From assembly GCA_038231275.1 (NCBI GenBank), contig JBBRLQ010000019.1:88803-152802 (forward strand): a DNA stretch of 64,000 bases, in the 5' to 3' direction. Below are positions 9,571-19,097 of this stretch, in pieces (position 1 is the stretch's first letter; each line of letters starts with the position of its first letter). The translations under genes and the position numbers were made by a program. This DNA is from Polyangiales bacterium. GTDB taxonomy: Bacteria > Myxococcota_A > Polyangia > Polyangiales > Polyangiaceae. Under the pieces are notes generated by a model. The model searched no databases, had not been told where the DNA came from, and saw only the letters and a list, made by a program, of their open reading frames with translations.

Positions 9571-10223
9571 AGACGACGCGCTCTCGTTCCTTCGCCGCTG
9601 CGGCGTTAGCGCTCGCCACGAGCGTCACGTGCGCGGCCATCGCCACCGACGACACGGTGGAGACGCTGTACCGCGAGGGCAAACGGGCCGCCGTCGCGAA
9701 GGACTGGGATCTCGCGTGCAAGAAGTTCCGCGAGAGCGTCGAGCGAGAGCCCGCGCCGCCGGTCGCACCGACGTCCGCTCGTCGTTCAAGCTCGGGGAAG
9801 GGGAGTCGCGCGAGCTCGAGGTCGCCGTCGGTAGCCCGACTCCCCCGTCTGCACCGACCGCTGCGGCGCCGTCCACGTCGACCCCTGGCTGGCCGTCCGC
9901 CCGCTCCCGATCGAACCGCGGCATACGTCGCGTTCGGCGCCGGCGGGGCCGGCCTCGTGACGGGAGCGATCACTGGCATTCTCGCGCTCGGCGCAGCGAA
10001 CAAAGCGCACGACGGCTGCCCGAACCAGCAGTGCGCTTCAACCGATGGCGTCGACGCCGCCTCGCACGCGAAGACGATGGGCCTCGTGAGCACGATCGCC
10101 TTCGGCGTCGGCATCCTCGGCGCCGCGGCGGGCACCTACTTGTGGATCAAGTCGTCGCCGACCGTGATGGTGGGACCGAGCGTGGGCGGCGCGCCGGGCC
10201 TCGCCATGCGCGCCTCGTTCTGA
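9567..10223 (+). pseudogene. degenerate TPR/PEGA-type exported protein (internal deletion plus frame switching)
   Basis: Signal peptide begins at non-start GTA; TPR-like start (ETLYREGK..ACKKFRES) is cut short; PEGA-end-like peptide (SFKLGEGESRELEVAVG) lies in another frame; C-terminus resembles 48259..49278. Confidence 0.6.
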
Positions 10224-10366
10224 CCAACGTGTAGTGACGCCCAGGGGGGTGGTCGACGCTAGGTCCCATGACACCGTCCGGTCGCAAGCGCGTCTCCTTC
10301 GCGTGGAGACTCCGAGCGATGAATGCGCTGGGCCGCGCGGCACCAGAGGCGCTTCGGAGGTAGTGA

Positions 10367-10996
10367 ATGCGCTCTTCGAGTGTCGCCTGTTTTTCGGCAG
10401 CGGCGGCCGCGATCGTCTCGATCGCGACGGCTTCGGCATGCAGCGCGAACGCCCCGACCGGTACGAACGCCGCGACGACGTGCGGTGCAGGGACCCACCT
10501 CGATGGCACCCAATGCGTCGCGGACGCCAACGACGCCGGCGACGCGCCGCGTGACTCTGCGGTCCCCAACGCCGACACCGGCACGTCGAGCGACGCAGCG
10601 ATCCCCGTCGATGCCGACGTCGTCGTGCACGACGGCGATCCGTGTCCGGGAGGCACTCGCGCGGTCTGCTCAGGCAACCACCTCTTCCAATGCCAGCTCG
10701 TGAACAACGGCGCGCACCCGCTCGGAACGCTGTGGGACACGACGAGCTGCGATTTGCTCGCCGGTATGTGCGCCGTCGACCGCGTCGGCAACGGCAACTG
10801 CACCGGCGGCGGCTACACCACGTGCACCATCTTCTTGAACGACGCCGGCAATCGCCTCGACACCAGCCGCTGCTTCAGCGCGACCGTGTTGGAGGACTGC
10901 AACGGGGGCTACTGGTCCCCCACCGACTGCAGCTCCTCCGGCTACGTCTGCCAAGCAAACCCTGCTGGCGGCGGCGCCCACTGCACTCCCCCGTAG
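10367..10996 (+). CDS. cysteine-rich putative lipoprotein
   Basis: Hydrophobic signal ending ASAC, Asp/Ala linker, many Cys residues. Confidence 0.7.
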   Translation: MRSSSVACFSAAAAAIVSIATASACSANAPTGTNAATTCGAGTHLDGTQCVADANDAGDAPRDSAVPNADTGTSSDAAIPVDADVVVHDGDPCPGGTRAVCSGNHLFQCQLVNNGAHPLGTLWDTTSCDLLAGMCAVDRVGNGNCTGGGYTTCTIFLNDAGNRLDTSRCFSATVLEDCNGGYWSPTDCSSSGYVCQANPAGGGAHCTPP

Positions 10997-11118
10997 CCGC
11001 CGCCGCCGCCACGCCGGCCAGCATCCAATCGCCATCCACGACCAAGGCGTGTCCTCGGCGCGTCGCGCCGTTCGCCGCAGGCGACCGGACCCGACGCGAT
11101 CACACGACGCGGGGGAAG

Positions 11119-11151
11119 CTCGCGCAGTCATGCGCGAGGGGCCGAAGCCCC
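11119..11151 (-). terminator. paired hairpins downstream of tRNA-Met
   Basis: GGGGC-TTCG-GCCCC on the minus strand (11138-11151) and an 8-bp stem ctcgcgca/tgcgcgag (11119-11138); no clear U-tract. Confidence 0.4.
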
Positions 11152-11160
11152 CCCACAAGG

Positions 11161-11234
11161 TGCCGGAGAAGGGAGTCGAACCCCTGACCTAGCGCGTATG
11201 AAACGCCCGCTCTAACCAACTGAGCTACTCCGGC
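11161..11234 (-). tRNA. tRNA-Met (CAT), probably elongator; CCA not fully encoded
   Basis: Cloverleaf: GCCGGAG/CTCCGGC acceptor stem, D-arm GCTC/GAGC, loop TTCATAC, TTCGA T-loop. The G1-C72 pair argues against initiator; Ile2 is not fully excluded. Confidence 0.93.
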
Positions 11235-11249
11235 CCGAAACGGCGGCGG

Positions 11250-11279
11250 AGTATGCGCGAGACCCCGCGCGGAAGTAAA
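11250..11279 (-). promoter_or_regulatory. putative sigma70 promoter for tRNA-Met
   Basis: TTTACT-N18-CATACT about 15 nt upstream of the tRNA. Confidence 0.45.
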
Positions 11280-11283
11280 GGGC

Positions 11284-14200
11284 TTATCGCTTCCTTCGCG
11301 TCCTCGCGGCAGCGACCACGATTCCGAGGCCACCCAGAAGCAGCGCCACGCGGCCCGCGGCGTCGCTCCACGTCGACGTCTTGTCATGCGAGGCGATCGC
11401 GCAGCCACCCGCCTCGTACGTGGGCGGAGCAGCCGGCGGCACCGGCCGGCAGTCGACGTGCGGCCCCGGTTGCTTCGTCGTGCCCTGCTCGAGCTTCTTC
11501 CCGTAGTCGCCGGTGTTCTGGTTGTCGTGGTGGAAGCTCTCCCACTGCACGACGCCGTCGTCTCTTCCGTGTGTCTTCCACGCGAAAAGGTACCCTTCGC
11601 GCGTGGTCGCGACGACGTCGAGCGCGTGATCGCCGTTGACGTCGCCGACCGCGGGCGTCGCGACGTGCCAACCGTTCGTGAATTTCGGCCAGCCCGGCGC
11701 CTCGCAGCCCCACGCGTCGACGGCGTGGACGAAGTAGCTCGCGGTGCCGAGGATCATCTCGGGGTAATCGTCGCCGCTCAAATCGGCGATCGCGTGGTTC
11801 ACGAAGAAGACGAAATCCTCGATCACGAACGGCGAGCCCGAGAACATCTTGCCGGTCTTCCCGTTCCAGAACGCGAGCAGGTTCTGGAACGGCTTGTTGT
11901 ACGCGCCGCCGGCGATCGTCCCGGCGAGGCTCAGCGACCCTCCGCTCGTGATGATGTCGGGCGTACCGTCGAGATCCAGATCGCCGATCGACGGCTGGCT
12001 CAAGAACGGGAACATCGTGTCGGGCGTCGTCGCGTTCGACTGCTCGCCGAAGATGCTCGTCGGCTCGACGCCGCGCGATCCGTCCTCACGTACGGGCAAT
12101 CGGTTCGGAGGATCGGCGAAGCCCACCTGCTTGCCCGGATCCGCCTTCGCGACGAGCGGCGGCGAGCCGTTGCCCTGAAGGACAACCTCGGGCACGCCGT
12201 CGCCGTCGAAGTCTGCCGAGGCCGGAGACGCGCCGAGCCCTTCGCCGACGGTGGGAAAGAGGTGCAGCGACGTCATCGAGATCGGCCAGTTCGGCAAGTA
12301 CGGTCCGCCCGGCGTCTTGTTGCCGCGTCCGTCGATCATGAAGCCGGGCCCCGCGCCGTCGCCGCCGCCGAGCGTCTCGTTCGAGCCGGTCGCCAAATCC
12401 GGGATGCCGTCCTTGTTGAAGTCGGTCACCGTCGGCGTGCTCATGATTCGGTTGTACTTTGCAGCCTTCGGCGCGTGCACGAGCACCGGCCACCCGTCGA
12501 GCGGCGTGCCGTCGCCATGAAACACGTGGATCTGCCCGTCGAACGCGGCCTGCACGATCTCGAGCTTCTTGTCGCCGTCGAAGTCAGCGAGCACCGGCGC
12601 CGCGAAGGCTCCGCGCGCGTAGGCGTGCGTGGTGTCGGCGCACGCGACGGTGGGCTTGGGCTTTGCGGTGTCGAGCGGGCACGACACGACCGGCGGGAGG
12701 CGCCGCGGAAAGCCGAGGAGCGGACGGCCGCGCCGATCGATGGCGTAGATCGTCCCGACCCAGCTGGTGAAGACGATGTCGGCGCTGCCATCTCCGTCGA
12801 CGTCGCCGATCGCAGGCGCGCCGCCGGTGGCTTCACGTCCGATCGTCGGATCGACGCTGCCGCTCGCGTACGCAGGGGCCGAGAGGTACGACGGCGCACC
12901 GGGCTCGCGCTCCAGATCCAGGCCGTCGTCGAAGCGCGCGTAGTACGGAAAGCCGCTCACCTCCACCGGCTGTCCGGTACGCATCGACCAAACGTGGAGC
13001 AGGCCATCGGTGGACACGAGCACGATGTCGCGCACGCCGTCGCCGTCGACGTCTGCGAGCTTCGGGCTCGGCTCGCCGCTGCCGCCGATCTTGATCGGGA
13101 AGCCGGGGAGCAGGTCCTCGTCGAGGCCGTTCTTCTGGTTCGTGATGGCGATCGCGCGGCGCGCCTCTCCGGTGACGTCGCCGCCGGGGTAGTGGGCGAT
13201 CGCGCGAACGCGGAGGGTGATCGTGCGATCGTTCTCGCCGTGCGGCGAGTCGGGATCGCGCACGTGCGCGGTGTCGAGCTGCTTGGGATCGAACATCGCG
13301 AGCGCGGCCCCTCCGCCGCCGATCGCCTGCGTGCCGGGCACGTTCGAGACCTGCGCGATGAGCGGCTTCCACTCGCCCTCGCCCGGCTCCACGCCGGCGC
13401 CCCACTCCACGACGTAGTCGTACGACTTCGCGCGCGACGCCGCGACGCGCCCCACGACGGCGATCTGCGCGGGTCCGCGATCGGCGTAAATCGGCTCGAA
13501 CCACGCGGGGGACGTGATGTCGACCTCCGGCGGAACGAGCCCGCTCTTCAGCGCCGTGAGCGAACGGTAAATGTTCGCGCGTCCGTACGCGAAGCGCTGG
13601 TCCCAGCCCGGCTTGCTCTCGAAGAGCCCCGCGCGCACGTCGGGATCGGCGCTCCGCGACTCGGGCACGTCGATGTCGTCCGCGTTCATCTTGAGGAGCT
13701 GGATGACCTCCTCCGCAGACAGCGTGAGCGGCGGATTCATCGACGCGGCCATCGAGTACACGAGCCCCGAGAGCCCCGCCGCGCGCCCCGTCGCCTCGCT
13801 CGAGCACGCGGTGCCGGAAATCGACAGCTGCAGCTGCCCGCCGTAGTTCGAGCACGTGTCGTACGAGATGAACGTCGACGACGAGTTCTGGTCCTGCCCC
13901 TCGTAGCGAATCGTGTGGACCGTCAGCGTATGGTTCGCGAGGCCCGGGAAGTTGTGGTGGCGCGCGTCCTCGTCGGCCATGCTCGCCACGACGATGACGC
14001 CCTTCTTGTACGCGTAGTCCATCGCCGCGCGTGAGAGCGGCGTCTGGTTGATCGCGCCGAGCGCTTCTTGGATGACCTTCACGCCGTTGTCGACGCCGTA
14101 GATGACGGCCTTGCCGAACGCGTTCGAGTCGGCGACGTAGCTGTCGGCGACGCGCAGCGGAATGAAGCGGCACAGCGGGCAGACGCCGACGCTGCCCTTG

Positions 14201-14970
14201 CCGTTGTTCCCTTCCGCGGAGCTGTCCCGCGCCTCGCCGGTGCCGTGGCCGTAGCGCGTGTCGTCGTAGGGGTTGTTGTCGTGCTTGAAAAAATCCCAGC
14301 CGCTGATGTCGTCGATGTACCCGTTTCCGTCGTCGTCTTTGCCGTCGGAGAAGAGCTCGATGAGATCGCCGGGATCGAAGATGCAGTTGCGGTTCAGGTC
14401 ACCGGCGATGCGATCGGGTCCCTTTTTCGTGCGCTCGCCGTCGGCGAAGCACGTGTCTCCGGTGATGACCGGCGCGACGCGCGGATCGGCGCGGTAGTCG
14501 GCGACCGTGAATACGCCGTCCTCGTCGCAGTCGTACCCCGCGAGCGCGCCGGCCCCGCCGCACGCGGCGCCCGCCTTGTCCTGCGGCTGCTTCGCGCCGG
14601 CGAGCTCCTTCGCGTTGAGCCACGCCTTGTTGACGAGATCGTCCGACTCCCACTCGATGCCGCAGTCGATCTCTGCGATGACGGTGTCGGGCCGGCCAAT
14701 CGTGTACGTCCACGCCTTGTCGATGCTCATCCCCGACGCGCCGAGCTTCACGTCGGCCGCGGTGTACGGCAGCGTGCCGGGGTTCTGCTTCGGCAAGTAC
14801 GAGAAGTAGTTCCAGCGATCCTTGTAGTCGGGATCGTTCGGCCAGCTCGCGGGGTTGGTCAGATCGTCGCCGGCCGTCGGAGGCCACGCCGCGCGGGCGC
14901 GATCCGACTGGATTCCGACGAGGACGATTCCGAGACCGGTCAGGACGCTAGCGACACGAAGGGCACGCAT
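11284..14970 (-). CDS. S8 (subtilisin-family) peptidase with FG-GAP/VCBS repeats and MYXO-CTERM-like anchor
   Basis: Signal peptide; EIDCG, GHGT and CSSEATG triad motifs; repeated (A/G)DxDGDG motifs; C-terminal GGC...TM...RTRRKR. Confidence 0.88.
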   Translation of the reverse strand: MRALRVASVLTGLGIVLVGIQSDRARAAWPPTAGDDLTNPASWPNDPDYKDRWNYFSYLPKQNPGTLPYTAADVKLGASGMSIDKAWTYTIGRPDTVIAEIDCGIEWESDDLVNKAWLNAKELAGAKQPQDKAGAACGGAGALAGYDCDEDGVFTVADYRADPRVAPVITGDTCFADGERTKKGPDRIAGDLNRNCIFDPGDLIELFSDGKDDDGNGYIDDISGWDFFKHDNNPYDDTRYGHGTGEARDSSAEGNNGKGSVGVCPLCRFIPLRVADSYVADSNAFGKAVIYGVDNGVKVIQEALGAINQTPLSRAAMDYAYKKGVIVVASMADEDARHHNFPGLANHTLTVHTIRYEGQDQNSSSTFISYDTCSNYGGQLQLSISGTACSSEATGRAAGLSGLVYSMAASMNPPLTLSAEEVIQLLKMNADDIDVPESRSADPDVRAGLFESKPGWDQRFAYGRANIYRSLTALKSGLVPPEVDITSPAWFEPIYADRGPAQIAVVGRVAASRAKSYDYVVEWGAGVEPGEGEWKPLIAQVSNVPGTQAIGGGGAALAMFDPKQLDTAHVRDPDSPHGENDRTITLRVRAIAHYPGGDVTGEARRAIAITNQKNGLDEDLLPGFPIKIGGSGEPSPKLADVDGDGVRDIVLVSTDGLLHVWSMRTGQPVEVSGFPYYARFDDGLDLEREPGAPSYLSAPAYASGSVDPTIGREATGGAPAIGDVDGDGSADIVFTSWVGTIYAIDRRGRPLLGFPRRLPPVVSCPLDTAKPKPTVACADTTHAYARGAFAAPVLADFDGDKKLEIVQAAFDGQIHVFHGDGTPLDGWPVLVHAPKAAKYNRIMSTPTVTDFNKDGIPDLATGSNETLGGGDGAGPGFMIDGRGNKTPGGPYLPNWPISMTSLHLFPTVGEGLGASPASADFDGDGVPEVVLQGNGSPPLVAKADPGKQVGFADPPNRLPVREDGSRGVEPTSIFGEQSNATTPDTMFPFLSQPSIGDLDLDGTPDIITSGGSLSLAGTIAGGAYNKPFQNLLAFWNGKTGKMFSGSPFVIEDFVFFVNHAIADLSGDDYPEMILGTASYFVHAVDAWGCEAPGWPKFTNGWHVATPAVGDVNGDHALDVVATTREGYLFAWKTHGRDDGVVQWESFHHDNQNTGDYGKKLEQGTTKQPGPHVDCRPVPPAAPPTYEAGGCAIASHDKTSTWSDAAGRVALLLGGLGIVVAAARTRRKR

Positions 14971-15086
14971 GTGCCGGGCAAAATACCATGCGATTTCGCC
15001 ACGGCAGCGCCTTTCATGTCTCTGTCATGTCTCGCCCACGTCACGCGCCACGGGATGCGCCTTTGCGTGCGCGTACGCGTGCGCCG

Positions 15087-15695
15087 TCAGTACTCGCCGA
15101 ACAGATCTTGAATCCGCGACTCGAGCGCGATGGCGATCTTGTAGAGCGACGAGATCGACGCGCTCGACTCGGCGCGCTCGATTTGCGAGAGGAGCGACAC
15201 GCTGAGGCCGGTGCGGCGGCTCATCTGCTTGAGCGTCAGATCCTTCTCTTTGCGGAGGTTGCGGATCGTGTCGCCGATGACGCGGTGGAGCTGCTCCTCC
15301 GGCGTGCGCGCGAGCCCCTTCTTGCGCATCACGCGCGCCAGCACCTCGCGAAACTCGTCCACGTTGAAGGGCTTCTTGATGTAGTCGACGGCGTCGAGCT
15401 TCATCGAGGCGACGGCGCTCTCTAGGTTCGGGTAGCCGGTGAAGATGACGACGGCGATGTCGCTGTCGATCTTTCGGATGCGGCGCAGGACCTCGATTCC
15501 GTCCAGCTTCGGCATCATCAGGTCGAGGATGACGAGGTGGTAGCCGCCTGTGCGCAGCTCTTCTTCTACGAAGGTCGGATCGCTGACCGCCTTCACCTGG
15601 AAGCCGTCGCGCTCGAGGAGGGTCTGCATGTAATCGCAGATCGCGCGGTCATCATCGACGATCATGATCCGAACGGCGGGCAACTCGACGGGCAT
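15087..15695 (-). CDS. response regulator, REC plus XRE-type HTH (DigR-like architecture)
   Basis: IVDDD, DLMMP and KPF receiver motifs; HTH_3 (LTLKQMSRRTGLSVSLLSQIER); ATG 15695 preceded by AAGGAG. Confidence 0.9.
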   Translation of the reverse strand: MPVELPAVRIMIVDDDRAICDYMQTLLERDGFQVKAVSDPTFVEEELRTGGYHLVILDLMMPKLDGIEVLRRIRKIDSDIAVVIFTGYPNLESAVASMKLDAVDYIKKPFNVDEFREVLARVMRKKGLARTPEEQLHRVIGDTIRNLRKEKDLTLKQMSRRTGLSVSLLSQIERAESSASISSLYKIAIALESRIQDLFGEY

Positions 15696-16054
15696 CGGCG
15701 TGCTCCTTGAGGGCGGTTTCGGGGGGCGAGGCAACTTCGGCTGCGCGTTCCGTTGGGAGCGGTTGCGACAGCAGTTACAGTTAGGCTTTACTCACCGACC
15801 GGGGGTTGGGAAGGGGGTGCGATGATGATTTTTCGAAAGTTTCTGGCTAGATACATACTTCCATCCGCACTGGAATCCTCGGATCGCGTTTTCGAGAGTT
15901 TAGCCTCACTGGATCTGACACGACCACCGTGGTCAGAAAATGGCCATCCAGGGGGATTTTTCGGCTCCGCGCCTGGGCGAAGGTGCGATGCGGCCTCTCG
16001 CCGTGCTGAGGCGAGCGAAATCCTCGGCCCGCATAGGCTTCTCGCACGAAGCGA

Positions 16055-16083
16055 TTGACCTTTGGGGTCCGGACCGCCATAAG
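16055..16083 (+). promoter_or_regulatory. sigma70 promoter for tRNA-Pro
   Basis: TTGACC-N17-CATAAG, 16 nt upstream of the tRNA. Confidence 0.6.
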
Positions 16084-16099
16084 ACACCCCACGTTTCTC

Positions 16100-16176
<77 letters not shown>

Positions 16177-16207
16177 CGAGGGTGTCCACGGTTCGTGGAC
16201 ACCCTCG
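16177..16207 (+). terminator. 14-bp perfect hairpin directly after tRNA-Pro
   Basis: cgagggtgtccacg-gtt-cgtggacaccctcg; no strong U-tract. Confidence 0.5.
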
Positions 16208-16333
16208 AGTCGGTTAACGGTTCGTGTTGGGAACCTGCCGGTTCCCCTCCTGTCGCTTCGCGAATCGTGCGGCGCACGATGGGGAGAACACCCGCCTCGC
16301 AAGGCGTTTCTCATTTCCCCTATTGGCGAGCGC

Positions 16334-16780
16334 CTACTTCTTCTTGGCAGCTCTCTTCGTCGCCGGCGCTGCCTTTTTCTTCGGAGCCGCCGCCTTTGCG
16401 GGCTTCTTCTGCGCCGCCGCCTTCGTCGCCTTCGCAGCCTTCCGCGGCAGCTTCGCCGCCGCCGCGAACGCGCGCGCCAGCCAGCGGCGTAGCTCGGCAG
16501 GCTCCTCCATCATCGCCTCCGGCAGCATCACCTTGTCGCTCCGCACGCGGCCGTTGCCCATCGGATCGAACAGCGACGCGCCCTCGAGCGCCAGCGCCTC
16601 GGCGCGCTCGTCTTCGGGCAACCACACCATCGTCGAGCGACCGAAGAGGCCCGCGAAGAAGTTGCCGTTCACCTTCGCCGCGACGCCTCCGAACATCTGG
16701 AGCGTTTCGAGGCGCGGATCCTTCGGGAGTGCCGCGTGGAAAATCGGATGGTGCTCCGAGGGAACTTTGACCCACGCCAT
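16334..16780 (-). CDS. TfoX/Sxy N-terminal domain protein with Lys/Ala-rich tail
   Basis: MFGG..AKVNGNFFAGL, FDPM and LRRWLARAF..A.KLP motifs typical of TfoX_N. Confidence 0.8.
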   Translation of the reverse strand: MAWVKVPSEHHPIFHAALPKDPRLETLQMFGGVAAKVNGNFFAGLFGRSTMVWLPEDERAEALALEGASLFDPMGNGRVRSDKVMLPEAMMEEPAELRRWLARAFAAAAKLPRKAAKATKAAAQKKPAKAAAPKKKAAPATKRAAKKK

Positions 16781-16818
16781 CGCGCGAGCCTACTGCGAGC
16801 TTGGTTGCGGCGCGAGCC

Positions 16819-19083
16819 TCAGAGCGGGGCGTCGCGCGAGACGATCGTCAGATCGCCGCGCTGCGCCGGGACCGCGGTCTTGGGGCGGGCCGTCGCGATC
16901 GGCGCGGCGCTCGGGGGAAGGCCCGATGTCTCGTCGGTGACGGTCACAGTGATGGGCTCGCGCGCCGCCAGGATCTCGACGACCACGCCCTCTGGCGGAA
17001 CGCCGGCGACGCGCAGCTCTCGCCACCGAGAGGTGTCGCTTGCCGCGGAGATCGCCGCGCCTTCGAGCCGGACGAATCGCGCCGAGGCGCCCGGAGGAAG
17101 GAGCAGCGTGAGATCGCGCGCGCCTCGCGCCGATCGGAGGCGAAGCGATACGCGGCGCTCGGCCCCTTCGTCGGCGCTCGCAAGCGCCTCGACGACCGGC
17201 GGCGCGAGATCGGCGCGTGGCAGATCCGTGGCGAGCACCAGCTGAGGGGCCCACGGCGCGCGCGGAGACTCGTGCGCCATCCCCAGCGCGGTGCGCATGG
17301 CATGCGGGACCGCTCCCCACGTGTGCGCGCCCCACGTCGTGTCGACCATCGCGCGAGCACCGGCCGCGTCCTCGGCGAAGACCACGTTCGCGCGCGACGG
17401 AAAGGCCTCCGTGAACGCCGGCGAGCCGGCGGCTGCTGCGGTCAAGGCGAGCGCTCCAATCGCGAGGATGCCTGGAGCGATCCAGCGCGTCTGCGGTGCG
17501 GCGAGGGCAAAGACCGGCGCGAACGCTGCAGCCAGTACCGCCCCGAGGATGGCCGCGTTGGGCGCCGCGGAGATTCCGAAGCCCGTGTAGAGGAGGAGCA
17601 GCAGCGGCGCGGCCAGCGTCACGAGGGCGAGCGCGGGGATCAAGGAAGCGAGGAGGAGGGCGCCGTCCCCGACGTCCTCGCGCTTGGCGCGCGTGGTCAC
17701 GAGGCCGAGCGCGCCTGCGAGGGCGGCGGGCACCGTGAGGAGGTGGCTCACCGTCGGGAGGTCGACCGCGAGCACGACCCCGGCGATCGCCAACGTCAGC
17801 CACACGCCGCACCACGCTCCCTCGCCGAGGTCGCGCGTCGTCGCGGCGGTGGCGGCCCCGGCCATCGCCACTCCGATCGTCCACATCGCGGCCATCGCAT
17901 ACGGCGCGTTCGCCGTCCACGGCGCAGGGAGAACGCCCGACGACATGAGCGTGCTCGTCGACGTCACGGCGAGCGCCATCGCGCCGAGCGCGGCGAAGGG
18001 GAGCACGCCAAGGCCACGCACGAGATCGAGCGGCGTGACCCTCCGGCGCGCGATGCGGCCTGCCATCGCGAGGACCACGAGGACGAGCGCACCCCACGCG
18101 ATGCGCGGCGCCCACGCCTCCGGCCAGCACACCACCCACACGCCGATGACGTCGAACCAGATCAGACGCCCGTGCGTGTCGATGTCTGCCTCGGCGAGAC
18201 CGCGCGCCATCGCCAGCGCTCCATCCCCTTCGTGCTGGAGCGAGCTCCGGTCGACGTTGTCCAGGCGATCGAGTGGCGTGTGGTAGCTCGCGAGGTCTCC
18301 CAGGAGCGCGAAGTTGACCCCTTGCGGTGCCCCCGCGCGGTCCTTCCACACCGAAAAGTCGGTGCTGTTCGGCATCGACGCGTAGGCGGTGAAGAGCGCC
18401 GAGCTCGTGAACGGTCGCGGCACTTTGGCGGCGACGACACGCACGACCGCATCGTTCTCGTGGCTCGTCTCGAACAGGATCGCGGGGCCGCCGTTGCCGC
18501 GCGCGTCGACGTTCACGACGGCGCGCACGCCCTCGGCGTCTGGTCCGGCGGCAAACGCGAGCGCCCCGAGGAGCCCAGCCTCTTCGCCCTCGTCGAACAG
18601 GAGACGAACCGAGCGTGACAGCGGCGGCGCGCTGCGAAGGGCACGCGCGACCTCCAGCAAGACGGCGACGCCGGAGCCATCGTCACCCGCGCCAGGCCCC
18701 GCCGCCACCGAGTCGTAATGCGCGGAGAGCAAGATCGCGTCGGTCGAAGCCCCTTTCACCTCGGCGACCACGTTCCACACGTACGCGCACGACCACCCGC
18801 GGCACGCGAGGCCGCGACGCTGGACGGGCTCCAGGCCGACAGTGACGAGCTCCTTCATGATGCGCGCGCGGACCGCGGCCGATGCGTCGCTACCGACGGG
18901 GTGCGGCGCGCCGTCGCCGAGGACCCGCGTGAGCGTCGCGTGGGCGCGCACGCCGGAGAACCGGTCCGCCGGCGCCGTGTCGGGCAGCGCGTCCGGCGGG
19001 CTGTAGCGGAGCGCGGCGACGAAGAGGACGAGCCCCGCCAGCGTCGCAGCCAGCACCATGGCGTAGCCGCCTGCGAAACGCAT
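16819..19083 (-). CDS. M28 family membrane metallopeptidase
   Basis: SAHYDS, GAGDDGSG, EGEEAGLLGA and YHTPLD motifs followed by multiple TM helices. Confidence 0.9.
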   Translation of the reverse strand: MRFAGGYAMVLAATLAGLVLFVAALRYSPPDALPDTAPADRFSGVRAHATLTRVLGDGAPHPVGSDASAAVRARIMKELVTVGLEPVQRRGLACRGWSCAYVWNVVAEVKGASTDAILLSAHYDSVAAGPGAGDDGSGVAVLLEVARALRSAPPLSRSVRLLFDEGEEAGLLGALAFAAGPDAEGVRAVVNVDARGNGGPAILFETSHENDAVVRVVAAKVPRPFTSSALFTAYASMPNSTDFSVWKDRAGAPQGVNFALLGDLASYHTPLDRLDNVDRSSLQHEGDGALAMARGLAEADIDTHGRLIWFDVIGVWVVCWPEAWAPRIAWGALVLVVLAMAGRIARRRVTPLDLVRGLGVLPFAALGAMALAVTSTSTLMSSGVLPAPWTANAPYAMAAMWTIGVAMAGAATAATTRDLGEGAWCGVWLTLAIAGVVLAVDLPTVSHLLTVPAALAGALGLVTTRAKREDVGDGALLLASLIPALALVTLAAPLLLLLYTGFGISAAPNAAILGAVLAAAFAPVFALAAPQTRWIAPGILAIGALALTAAAAGSPAFTEAFPSRANVVFAEDAAGARAMVDTTWGAHTWGAVPHAMRTALGMAHESPRAPWAPQLVLATDLPRADLAPPVVEALASADEGAERRVSLRLRSARGARDLTLLLPPGASARFVRLEGAAISAASDTSRWRELRVAGVPPEGVVVEILAAREPITVTVTDETSGLPPSAAPIATARPKTAVPAQRGDLTIVSRDAPL

Positions 19084-19097
19084 GGCGCGATGGTAGC

